Positions 1-7,971 of a stretch of DNA of 60,255 nt are shown one piece after another. The stretch is from Candidatus Neomicrothrix sp. (lineage in GTDB: Bacteria; Actinomycetota; Acidimicrobiia; Acidimicrobiales; Aldehydirespiratoraceae). The position numbers and the translations under genes are program-made. The notes under the pieces were generated by a model that saw only the letters and a program-made list of their open reading frames with translations, was not told the DNA's origin and searched no databases. The stretch spans positions 13,731 to 73,985 of the forward strand of contig JAFMKU010000003.1 of assembly GCA_017852795.1 (NCBI GenBank), given 5' to 3'. Numbering within the stretch: the first letter of the stretch is position 1; the number at the start of each line of letters is the position of its first letter.

Positions 1-1
1 T

Positions 2-1030
2 CCGAACATGGTTCGGGAGTGTCGCGCGGTGCGGGAGTCGGTCGGCTTGTTTGACCAAACCTCGTTCGCCAAGTTCACCGTCGAAGGCCCCGACGCCCTT
101 GCGGTACTGGACCACCTGTCGGTGGCAACGATCGACGCACCGATCGGCAAAGGGGTGTACACCCAGTGGTGCAACGAGCGGGGTGGTATCGAAGCCGACC
201 TGACCGTGACCCGGCTTGACCAGGACCGGTTCTTCGTGGTGACTTCGGCCGCGTCAGAAACCCGAGATTGGGCGCGTCTGCGGCGGGCCAGCAAGGGTCG
301 AAACGTGTCGATCGCCAACGTGACCCACGATCAAGTGATGTTGGGGCTGATGGGGCCTCAGGCCCGGGCGGTGCTGGCCCAAGTCACCTCCGAGGACGTA
401 TCCGACGAGGCGTTTCCGTTCGGTTGGAGTCGCAGTATCGACCTTGCCGGGCAGGAAGTGTTGGCGTTGCGGATGAGCTACGTCGGCGAATTGGGCTGGG
501 AGCTGTACATGGACAACGAGGCCGCTCCCGCGGTCTACGACGCGCTGCTCGACGCCGGTTCGGCTTACGGGTTGGTGCACGCCGGCTACCACGCCATGAA
601 CTCGCTGCGGTTGGAAGCCGGGATGCGTCACTGGGGGCACGACATCACCGACGAGGACACCCCGCTGGAGGCAGGGTTGAGCTTCGCAGTGGACTGGGAC
701 AAAGGCGACTTCATTGGCCGAGACGCGCTGTTGGCTCAACGCGATCAGCCGCGGAGCAAACGGCTGATCCAGGTGAAAATTGAGGACCCGGAATTGCTCA
801 GTTACCACGACGAACCGCTGTATCGGGACGGTTCGGTGGTGGGCCGGATTTCGTCGTCGATGTGGAGCGCAACCCAGAACCGTTGTTGCGCCATGGCCTA
901 TGTGGTGCATCCGGACGGCGAGACGGTGTCTTCAGAGTGGTTGGCTGGCGCCGGCTGGGAGACCGACATCGGGGGACGACGGGTGCCGATATCGGTGTCG
1001 CTTCGCCCCTGGTACCGGGCCGGCGCTTAG
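2..1030 (+). CDS. C-terminal part (5'-truncated by window edge) of a dimethylglycine/sarcosine dehydrogenase-oxidase family protein; GcvT-like tetrahydrofolate-binding fold
   Basis: The frame is open from nt 2, so the ATG at 8 is not the real start. The sequence parallels the C-terminal half of the 1879-4302 product (LRMSYVGELGWELY vs LRVSYVGELGWELH). Stop TAG at 1028-1030. Confidence 0.8.
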   Translation, partial: PNMVRECRAVRESVGLFDQTSFAKFTVEGPDALAVLDHLSVATIDAPIGKGVYTQWCNERGGIEADLTVTRLDQDRFFVVTSAASETRDWARLRRASKGRNVSIANVTHDQVMLGLMGPQARAVLAQVTSEDVSDEAFPFGWSRSIDLAGQEVLALRMSYVGELGWELYMDNEAAPAVYDALLDAGSAYGLVHAGYHAMNSLRLEAGMRHWGHDITDEDTPLEAGLSFAVDWDKGDFIGRDALLAQRDQPRSKRLIQVKIEDPELLSYHDEPLYRDGSVVGRISSSMWSATQNRCCAMAYVVHPDGETVSSEWLAGAGWETDIGGRRVPISVSLRPWYRAGA

Positions 1031-1761
1031 CCCAACCGGGTACCGATGGCCTGACCGGCAGCGATCAACTTTCGGGCGATTTCTTCGGGAGCTCGCGAAC
1101 CGGGGAACCGGTAGGACGGGCCGTAGGCGTTGAGGGCACCGCGCACCGTCCCGGCCGCGTCGGTGATCGGGGTGCCAACCCCGTTGACGTCGTCGCTGAA
1201 CTCTTGATGGGTCCAGACCACCTGGGTGCGGTTGACCTCATCGATCTTGGCCCGTAACCCGGTCAGGGTGGTGACGGTGGCGGCGGTAAAAGCCTGGGGC
1301 CGGGTTGCTGCGTAGCGGGAAATGTCGGCTGGCGACCAGGTCGACATCAATACCAGACCCCCAGCGGAGGCGTGGTAGGGGAGACGTTCCCCGGTCCAGT
1401 CCTGAACCATGACCGACGATTCGGCCACTGCGGTGTCGAGGTAGAGCGTGTGGTCATCGTCGGCCACGGTGAGCGAAACGTTCTCGTGCAATGCTCCGGC
1501 GAGTTCCACCAGGTGCGGTCGAGCGATCTCACGAAGGGAGCTGATCGGTGGGGTTTCTTGCGTCAGCGAGGCGAGTCCTGGACCGATGGCGTAGCGGCCG
1601 TTGATCGACTGAACTGCACCTTGATCTTCTAGCGCTGCGAGTAAGCGAAGAAGGGAAGGTTTTGGAAGGCTGGTGCGACGGGCGAGGTCGGCGAGCGTGG
1701 TGGTACCGGGTTGGCGGGCCAACGCTCGCAGGACAGAAAAGATTCGATCGACTGCCTGCAT
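1027..1761 (-). CDS. IclR-family transcriptional regulator
   Basis: N-terminal wHTH pattern MQAVDRIFSVLRALA...TLADLARRTSLPKPSLLRLLAALEDQG, followed by an IclR-type effector domain of about 250 aa. Start is ambiguous: ATG 1761 is preferred, GTG 1797 is possible. Its stop overlaps the convergent upstream gene (TTAG). Confidence 0.85.
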   Translation of the reverse strand: MQAVDRIFSVLRALARQPGTTTLADLARRTSLPKPSLLRLLAALEDQGAVQSINGRYAIGPGLASLTQETPPISSLREIARPHLVELAGALHENVSLTVADDDHTLYLDTAVAESSVMVQDWTGERLPYHASAGGLVLMSTWSPADISRYAATRPQAFTAATVTTLTGLRAKIDEVNRTQVVWTHQEFSDDVNGVGTPITDAAGTVRGALNAYGPSYRFPGSRAPEEIARKLIAAGQAIGTRLG

Positions 1762-1785
1762 CGCAGTAGAATAGCCAGAGTAAAC

Positions 1786-1812
1786 GGAACGTTCCACTCA
1801 GCGGAACATTGG
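1786..1812. promoter_or_regulatory. Candidate operator in the IclR / oxidase divergent region: perfect palindrome GGAACGTTCC plus a related GGAACATT half-site repeat
   Basis: GGAACGTTCC at 1786-1795 is self-complementary. GCGGAACATTGG follows at 1801-1812. Both lie between the divergent genes if the IclR start is 1761. Confidence 0.3.
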
Positions 1813-1878
1813 TTTGGGAGTTGGGCCCGTTCGGCCGCTCCAATCGAGATCGTCCGGCAAACCCGGGCAAGGGGGATC

Positions 1879-4302
1879 ATGCGAGACGAGACACGTTGCG
1901 TCATCATCGGCGGGGGCGCAATGGGCGTAGGGCTGCTGTATTACCTCGCCCACGAAGGGTGGACCGACACCGTGCTCGTCGAAAAAGGTGAACTCACCTC
2001 GGGTTCGACGTGGCACGCAGCAGGCCTCGTTCCCAACTTCATCGGCGATCTCAACATGGCCAAGGTCCATCAGGAAGCGGTGGCGCTCTACCCCAAGATC
2101 GAAGAAGAAACCGGGCTCTCGGCTGGCTGGCACGGCTGCGGAGCGATCCGGTTCGCGATCACCGACGAAGAGGTGCTCTGGCACCGCAAGGTCCACGCCC
2201 AACTCAACCAGTTGGGGATCGAAAGCCACATCATCTCGCCCCAAGAAATCAAAGAACTCAACCCGCTGTTCGAAAACATTGACGATGTTCAGACCGGCTT
2301 CTACACCCCTAACGATGGTTGGACCGACCCGACCGGTTGTACCAACGCCATGGCTAAAGGAGCGCGCCAGCTCGGCGCCGAGATCGTCCGCAACAACCGC
2401 GTGACCGACATGCGTCAACTCCCGGACGGCCGTTGGGAGGTCATCACCGAACAGGGCAAGATCGTCTCTGAGCATGTGGTGAACGCAGCCGGACACTACG
2501 CACCGCAGCTCGGCGCGATGGTTGGACTCGACGTACCGATCGTGTCGATGATCCACCAATACATCATCACCGAACCGTTGCCGGCCATGCAGGACCTCGG
2601 GTTCGAACCGCCCGTCACCCGAGATCCCCGCTCGTCGTCGTATTACCGGCGGGAGATCGATGGTCTGCTGATCGGACCCTATGAGATGAGCGGTGCCCAG
2701 ACGTACGGCGTCGACGGGGTCGACTGGAACCTTGACTTCTATTTGACCCCTCCCGACCTTGACCTCATCGCCGATTGCCTCAACGATGCGCTGGATCGGG
2801 TCCCGGCCTGGGCCGATGCTGGTATCAAAAAGGTGGTTTCCGGGCCGATTACCCACACCCCCGACTCGGGCTACCTGATGGGTCCCGCCCCCGGCCTCCG
2901 CAACTACTGGCACTGCAACGGCGCCTCGATCGGGATCACGCAGGGCCCAGGGGCTGGCAAATATCTGGCCCAGTGGATGGTTCACGGCCAGACCGAGATC
3001 AACGTGCGCGGTATGGACCCTCGCCGGTTTGGTGACCACACCGGCCCCAGAAGCGAGTTCGCTATCGAAAAGGCCATCGAGGAATACCACCTCATGTATC
3101 AGGCCCGACCCCCGGGGCTGAACTATCCGGCGGCCCGTAAGCAAAAAGTCAACCCGATCTATGACGACCTTGATGCCCTTGGTGCCCAGTGGCAGGAAGT
3201 GTACGGATGGGAACGGCCCCAGTATTTCGGTGAGCCCGAAGTTCATACCTTTAAACGGTCGAACGCTTTCGACGCGGTAGCCGCCGAGGTGCACGGAACC
3301 CGGCAGCGGGTCGGGGTCGCCGACCTCACGGCGTTTGCCAAGTTTGAGGTCAGCGGTGCTGACGCCGCGGCGTTGCTGGCGAGGCTCAGTGCCAACCGCC
3401 TTCCGGGCCGCGACGGAGGTATCCGTCTGGTCCACATGCTCACCGAGCAGGGCGGCATCGAATGCGAGATGACCATCACCCGCCTTGGGTCGGATCACTT
3501 CTATCTCAACTCGGCAATCATGGGTACCACCCACGATCTTGACTGGTTGACTTGGCACATCGCCGAAGGTGAAGACGTCACGGTTCGCAACGTCACCGAC
3601 GAGTTGGCGATCCTCGCGGTGACCGGGCCAAAGTCTCGGGATCTGCTGGCCCGGTTGACCGATCATGACCTCGGCAACGAGGCGTTCCCTTGGCTTACCG
3701 CCCAGACGCTCAACGTGGCCGGAGTTCCCTGTCGAGCGTTGCGGGTCAGCTACGTCGGTGAACTCGGCTGGGAGCTGCACCTTTCAATGGAGCAGATGGC
3801 CACCGTGTATCAGGCGATCGTGGCCGCCGGCGAACCTCACGGGCTCGTGCATTTCGGCGCCTACGCCATGAACGTGATGCGTATCGAGAAGGGGTACAAG
3901 GCTTGGGGTAGCGAACTGACCACCGAGATCACCCCGGTTGAGGCTCGGCTGGAACGCTTCGTGAACTTCGAGGGGACGTTCCTGGGTGGTCAAGCCTGTC
4001 GTGATCGTCGAGATCAGGACGATCCGTTGTCCATGGTGTTGGTGTACGTCGAACTCGACGAAGGTGACTGCGACCTTCTCGGCAACGAACCAGCCTATGG
4101 CGTTGATGGTTCGGTCATGGGGATCGCCACCAGCGGCGCGTTTGGTCACACCGTCGGGCGCAGCCTCGGGTTTGTCTACGTAGCCCCCGAATACGAAGCC
4201 CCCGGAACAACCTTCGAGCTGGACCTGCTCGGGGTTCGGCGCACCGCCACGGTGCTCGCCGAACCGGCTTACGATCCTTCCAACCACGCCCTCCGGGCCT
4301 GA
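1879..4302 (+). CDS. Dimethylglycine oxidase / sarcosine dehydrogenase-like fusion protein (FAD-dependent amine oxidoreductase plus GcvT-like THF-binding domain)
   Basis: ATG 1879 is preceded by GGGGGA. N-terminal dinucleotide fold VIIGGGAMGVGLLYYLA. C-terminal aminomethyltransferase-fold motifs (VSYVGELGWELH). About 807 aa, typical for this family. The upstream ORF extension 1711-1878 overlaps the divergent promoter. Confidence 0.9.
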   Translation: MRDETRCVIIGGGAMGVGLLYYLAHEGWTDTVLVEKGELTSGSTWHAAGLVPNFIGDLNMAKVHQEAVALYPKIEEETGLSAGWHGCGAIRFAITDEEVLWHRKVHAQLNQLGIESHIISPQEIKELNPLFENIDDVQTGFYTPNDGWTDPTGCTNAMAKGARQLGAEIVRNNRVTDMRQLPDGRWEVITEQGKIVSEHVVNAAGHYAPQLGAMVGLDVPIVSMIHQYIITEPLPAMQDLGFEPPVTRDPRSSSYYRREIDGLLIGPYEMSGAQTYGVDGVDWNLDFYLTPPDLDLIADCLNDALDRVPAWADAGIKKVVSGPITHTPDSGYLMGPAPGLRNYWHCNGASIGITQGPGAGKYLAQWMVHGQTEINVRGMDPRRFGDHTGPRSEFAIEKAIEEYHLMYQARPPGLNYPAARKQKVNPIYDDLDALGAQWQEVYGWERPQYFGEPEVHTFKRSNAFDAVAAEVHGTRQRVGVADLTAFAKFEVSGADAAALLARLSANRLPGRDGGIRLVHMLTEQGGIECEMTITRLGSDHFYLNSAIMGTTHDLDWLTWHIAEGEDVTVRNVTDELAILAVTGPKSRDLLARLTDHDLGNEAFPWLTAQTLNVAGVPCRALRVSYVGELGWELHLSMEQMATVYQAIVAAGEPHGLVHFGAYAMNVMRIEKGYKAWGSELTTEITPVEARLERFVNFEGTFLGGQACRDRRDQDDPLSMVLVYVELDEGDCDLLGNEPAYGVDGSVMGIATSGAFGHTVGRSLGFVYVAPEYEAPGTTFELDLLGVRRTATVLAEPAYDPSNHALRA

Positions 4303-4323
4303 ACGAACCATAAGGAAACTGCG

Positions 4324-5880
4324 ATGGCAGAAACGAACGGATCGGCGTCGACTCGCCGATCAGGGGGCCGGGCCGGACGGATCGCGTCCCGTCAGGCGCC
4401 GCTGGAGCAAGACGTGCGACCGGTGCGACCGGGCCTGTCCGGAGGCCTGTTTCGGCCGTTGACCGAAGCACAGATGCAGGACGTTTACGAGACCGCGTTG
4501 GTGCTTCTCGAAGACATTGGGATGGGATCACCGATCCCAGAGTTTGTTCAGGTCGTCAGCGATGCCGGAGGTTTCGTCGATGAACACGGGCGTCTGCGAT
4601 ACCCCCGGGCCCTTGTCGAACAGGCCATCGTCACCGCCAACAAGGAATGGATCTGGCACGGCTTCAACGACGACCAGTCGATCACCATCGGTGGCGATCG
4701 GGTGCATTTCGGAACGGCGGGTGCGGCGGTGCTGATGCACGACTATCCGACCAACACCTTCCGCAACAGCACCTCCCAGGACGTCTACGACTGTTCTCGA
4801 CTGGTGGACAAACTCGACAATATTCATTTCTTTGTTCGCACGGTCGTTGCTCGTGAATGCGAAACGCCCCGTGAACTCGACCTCAACACTGCGTTCGCGG
4901 CCATGGCTGGGACCACCAAACCCATCGGAACGTCCTGGTTCGAGCGGGCCAACGTTTACGAAACCGTCGAGATGTTCGATATGGCGCTCGGGGCTCAAGG
5001 AGCGTTCCGCAAACGCCCCTTCGTGGTTGCGAACAACACCTTCGTGGTGCCGCCGTTGCGGTTCGCTGAAGAATCGGCGGCGTGCATGGTGGCCCAGGTC
5101 GAAACGGGAATGCCGATCAACTTGTTGTCCGCCGGTCAAGCGGGGGCCACCTCTCCCGCGGCGCTAGCCGGTTCGCTGGCTCAGGCCCTCGCCGAATGCC
5201 TTGCCGCGTTGACGTCGGTCAACCTGATGAGTCCCGGGCATCCGTGTGTGATGGGTCTCTGGCCGTTCGTGTCGGACCTTCGTACGGGGGCCATGAGCGG
5301 TGGTTCGGGTGAGGAAGGGATCCTCAATGCCGCCGCCGCACAGATCACCAACTGGCTGGGGCTTCCCTCCGGTGTGGCAGCCGGAATGACCGACTCGAAG
5401 GTTCCCGATAATCAGGCCGGCTACGAGAAAGGCTTGAACGTGGCGCTCGCCGGTCATGCCGGAGCCAACATCGTCTACGAATCGGCCGGGATGCTGGGTT
5501 CGTTGCTGGCGTGTTCGTTGGAGGCGTTGGTGATTGACAACGACATGCTCGGGTCGATCAACCGAACCGTTCGCGGGATCGAAGTCAGCGAGGAGTCGTT
5601 GTCGTTGGAGGTGATCCGCCAGGTCGTTCACGGACCCGGTCATTTCCTAGGTTCGCCTCAGACTCTGGCCTTGATGCAGAAGGAATATCTGTATCCCGAG
5701 ATTGGTGATCGTGACACCCCCGACAACTGGCTCGACGCGGGTGGTAAAGACGCCTTGCAGGTCGCCCACGAGTACGCCCGCGAGATTCTGGCCAACCATC
5801 ACCCTGATCATCTCGAACCCTCACGGGAGCAAGCCATCCGCGAACGGTTCCCACTCGTTCTCCACACCGGTGCGCGCTAA
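4324..5880 (+). CDS. MttB-superfamily (trimethylamine methyltransferase family) protein, non-pyrrolysine type
   Basis: 518-aa uninterrupted ORF with no in-frame TAG. RBS AAGGAA lies upstream of the ATG. The Arg/Gly-rich N-terminus followed by PLTEAQMQDVYETALVLLEDIGM, and the overall length, are characteristic of the MttB family as I recall it. Confidence 0.85.
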   Translation: MAETNGSASTRRSGGRAGRIASRQAPLEQDVRPVRPGLSGGLFRPLTEAQMQDVYETALVLLEDIGMGSPIPEFVQVVSDAGGFVDEHGRLRYPRALVEQAIVTANKEWIWHGFNDDQSITIGGDRVHFGTAGAAVLMHDYPTNTFRNSTSQDVYDCSRLVDKLDNIHFFVRTVVARECETPRELDLNTAFAAMAGTTKPIGTSWFERANVYETVEMFDMALGAQGAFRKRPFVVANNTFVVPPLRFAEESAACMVAQVETGMPINLLSAGQAGATSPAALAGSLAQALAECLAALTSVNLMSPGHPCVMGLWPFVSDLRTGAMSGGSGEEGILNAAAAQITNWLGLPSGVAAGMTDSKVPDNQAGYEKGLNVALAGHAGANIVYESAGMLGSLLACSLEALVIDNDMLGSINRTVRGIEVSEESLSLEVIRQVVHGPGHFLGSPQTLALMQKEYLYPEIGDRDTPDNWLDAGGKDALQVAHEYAREILANHHPDHLEPSREQAIRERFPLVLHTGAR

Positions 5881-5945
5881 CCGATTGGGCTAGAGTCGGC
5901 AGCGTTGTCGAGAGCATCGGTTTCGATGCCGTTCGGGGAGGAACC

Positions 5946-6137
5946 GTGAAAGTCGTAGTCGATTTCGATCTCTGTGAAAGCAATGCCATCTGCATGCAGA
6001 TCGCTCCGGACGTATTCGAAGTACGTGATGACGACTTCCTGTACGTCCTCAACGAGAACCCTGACGAAGGGGATCGGGCCCGTATGGAGGAGTGCGTGCA
6101 GCGCTGCCCCAAGCAGGCCATCACCATCGAAGACTGA
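5946..6137 (+). CDS. Small single-cluster ferredoxin ([3Fe-4S]/[4Fe-4S], P450-partner type)
   Basis: 63 aa. GTG start after GGGAGGA. Cys spacing C-x5-C (CESNAIC) plus a distal CP (RCPKQAI), as in actinobacterial P450-associated ferredoxins. Confidence 0.85.
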   Translation: MKVVVDFDLCESNAICMQIAPDVFEVRDDDFLYVLNENPDEGDRARMEECVQRCPKQAITIED

Positions 6138-6147
6138 GTAGCGGCTC

Positions 6148-7356
6148 GTGGCCCGACAATCGGTCCATATTGTTGGCGCGTCGCTGGCCGGGTTGCGGGC
6201 TGCGGAGACGTTGCGGCGTAGCGGATTCGAAGGTCCAGTAGTGCTGATCGGCGACGAACCCCACCGGCCCTACGACCGACCGCCGCTGTCGAAACAGTTT
6301 CTGGCCGGAGACTGGGAACGAGACCGTCTGGCGTTGAGCCCCGAAGACCGGTTCTCGGCGTTAGAACTCGAGGTACGTCTCGGAGTGCAGGCCAGTGGGT
6401 TTGACCTCCAAACCCGCACGTTACGCACCAGTGCCGGTGACGAGACGGTAGACGGGTTGCTCATCGCTACCGGCGCTCGCTGTCGGAGCCTTCCCGGAAG
6501 CGAACACATGGCGGGTGTTCACGTCCTTCGCAGCCTCGACGATGCCGAAACGTTGCGAGCCGAGTTGGCCGCCGGGCCCCGCCGGGTGGTGGTGGTTGGG
6601 GCGGGCTTTATCGGTGCGGAAGTCGCGGCGACGTGCCGCGGCCGCGGCATTGAGGTGTCGATGATCGAAGCGTTGTCGGCACCGCTGGCCCGAGTGCTCG
6701 GCGAGGAGATGGGGGCCGTGTCAGCCGAGGTCCACCGGGAACAGGGTGTCGATCTTCGCTGCGGGGTCGGGGTCGACGGGCTTGACGCCGACTCGAACGG
6801 TCGGGTGTGTGCGGTGCGACTCAGCGACGGGTCCACCATTGACGCCGATGTTGTGGTGGTCGGTATTGGGGTTGTTCCCAACACCGAATGGCTGGTCGGG
6901 TCGGGGTTGGAACTTGACGATGGGGTGGTCTGTGATTCGACCCTTTCGGCGGGGCCAGGTGTGGTTGCCGCAGGAGATGTCGCCCGTTGGCCCAACCAAC
7001 GTTTCGGCGAGACGATGCGAGTTGAGCACTGGGATAATGCGGTGGAACAGGGGGTGTACGCGGCGCGACGGCTGCTGGCTGATGACGACGCCGAACTGGA
7101 ACCGTTCAGCCCGGTGCCCTGGTTCTGGTCGGACCAGTATCAGATCAAAATCCAGATGGCGGGCCGGATTCGGGCCGATGACCAGATGGAGATCGTGACC
7201 GGAAGCGTTGAGGAACGCCGGTTTGCTGCGTTGTACGGGCGAGCCGGCCGTCTGGTGGGGGTGTTGGGGTTCAACCGACCCCGCCACGTCATGCACTACA
7301 AGACGCTGATCCACGATGGAGCCTCGTTCGATGAGGCTCTCGCTGCGTCGCTCTGA
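6148..7356 (+). CDS. FAD-dependent NAD(P)H:ferredoxin reductase (putidaredoxin-reductase-like pyridine nucleotide-disulfide oxidoreductase)
   Basis: Two Rossmann motifs (HIVGASLAGLRAAE; VVVGAGFIGAEVAA). About 400 aa. Lies immediately downstream of the ferredoxin. Confidence 0.85.
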   Translation: MARQSVHIVGASLAGLRAAETLRRSGFEGPVVLIGDEPHRPYDRPPLSKQFLAGDWERDRLALSPEDRFSALELEVRLGVQASGFDLQTRTLRTSAGDETVDGLLIATGARCRSLPGSEHMAGVHVLRSLDDAETLRAELAAGPRRVVVVGAGFIGAEVAATCRGRGIEVSMIEALSAPLARVLGEEMGAVSAEVHREQGVDLRCGVGVDGLDADSNGRVCAVRLSDGSTIDADVVVVGIGVVPNTEWLVGSGLELDDGVVCDSTLSAGPGVVAAGDVARWPNQRFGETMRVEHWDNAVEQGVYAARRLLADDDAELEPFSPVPWFWSDQYQIKIQMAGRIRADDQMEIVTGSVEERRFAALYGRAGRLVGVLGFNRPRHVMHYKTLIHDGASFDEALAASL

Positions 7357-7485
7357 AGGGGCGGCGGGCGGTATTTGTTGATGTGCCGCTAGCCTTTGAT
7401 GGTCCCGTGACGCGGGAACCGCTGCCTCTGTCGCATTGCGCAGTCGGCGGCCGGGTACGAAACCCAACGAAAGAACGACACAATC

Positions 7486-7767
7486 ATGGCTGTAAATCTG
7501 CGAGCGAAGTCCGAAACCATCTCTGAGATGGCGAAAGCCTTCGGACTGGCCGAGAACGATACGGGCTCACCAGAGATTCAGGTTGCACTGCTCAGCGAGC
7601 GGATCAACCACCTCACCGAGCATCTCAAAGACCATAAGAAGGACCATCACAGCCGTCGCGGCCTTCTGATGCTGGTCGGTCGCCGTCGCCGACTCCTTGA
7701 CTACATCAAGGACAACGACGTCGAACGGTATCGCGAGGTCATCGCTCACCTCGGTCTGCGTCGCTGA
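7486..7767 (+). CDS. rpsO: 30S ribosomal protein S15
   Basis: 93 aa with [48 protein letters not shown], the canonical S15 sequence. Confidence 0.95.
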   Translation: MAVNLRAKSETISEMAKAFGLAENDTGSPEIQVALLSERINHLTEHLKDHKKDHHSRRGLLMLVGRRRRLLDYIKDNDVERYREVIAHLGLRR

Positions 7768-7776
7768 CACAATCTT

Positions 7777-7798
7777 GGGCGGTGCCTTGGCACCGCCC
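7777..7798 (+). terminator. GC-rich hairpin just after rpsO (terminator/attenuator-like)
   Basis: GGGCGGTG-CCTTGG-CACCGCCC: an 8-bp G/C stem with a 6-nt loop, 10 nt after the rpsO stop. Only TT follows, so the U-tract is weak. Confidence 0.45.
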
Positions 7799-7891
7799 TT
7801 CGGCAATCTGCGGGGACTCGCCTCGCACACGCCCGACACATCCCAGGCTGGAAGGTCCAGCAAAGCAGGGATTTCATGGCTTGTTGGTACG

Positions 7892-7933
7892 AGTCGTAAC
7901 GAACCGAATCACCAATTTCGGAGCGTTACGACT
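7892..7933 (+). promoter_or_regulatory. Extended stem-loop in the pnp 5' leader
   Basis: AGTCGTAACG-aa-CCGAA-tcaccaat-TTCGG-ag-CGTTACGACT: 15 bp in total (10+5) with a small internal loop, about 38 nt upstream of the pnp ATG. Confidence 0.55.
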
Positions 7934-7971
7934 GGGAACTGGCAGTCGTGAAGTCCAGAGAGTTGAAAATC

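Noticed and set aside
1711-1878. 56-aa upstream extension of the oxidase ORF
   Set aside because: It would overlap the IclR gene start and promoter region. The ATG at 1879 has a GGGGGA RBS and directly precedes the FAD-binding GxGxxG.
2598-2608. tRNA T-arm-like GGGTTCGAACC
   Set aside because: It lies inside the oxidase CDS (encoding LGFEPP) with no surrounding cloverleaf. I found no tRNA genes in the window.
1798-3780. 660-aa minus-strand ORF antisense to the dimethylglycine-oxidase-like gene
   Set aside because: Typical high-GC shadow ORF. Its Arg/Gly/Pro/Val-rich low-complexity translation has no motifs and is fully embedded antisense in a gene with clear family motifs.
4324-5880. Possible pyrrolysine (in-frame TAG) in the MttB-family gene
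   Set aside because: The ORF is uninterrupted from ATG to TAA, and no pyl genes are seen. This is a non-Pyl family member.
5900-7400. Looked for a cytochrome P450 or Rieske oxygenase to partner the ferredoxin/reductase
   Set aside because: No ORF in or near the cluster shows a P450 haem loop (FxxGxxxCxG) or a Rieske CxH...CxxH motif. The pair is therefore reported as orphan.
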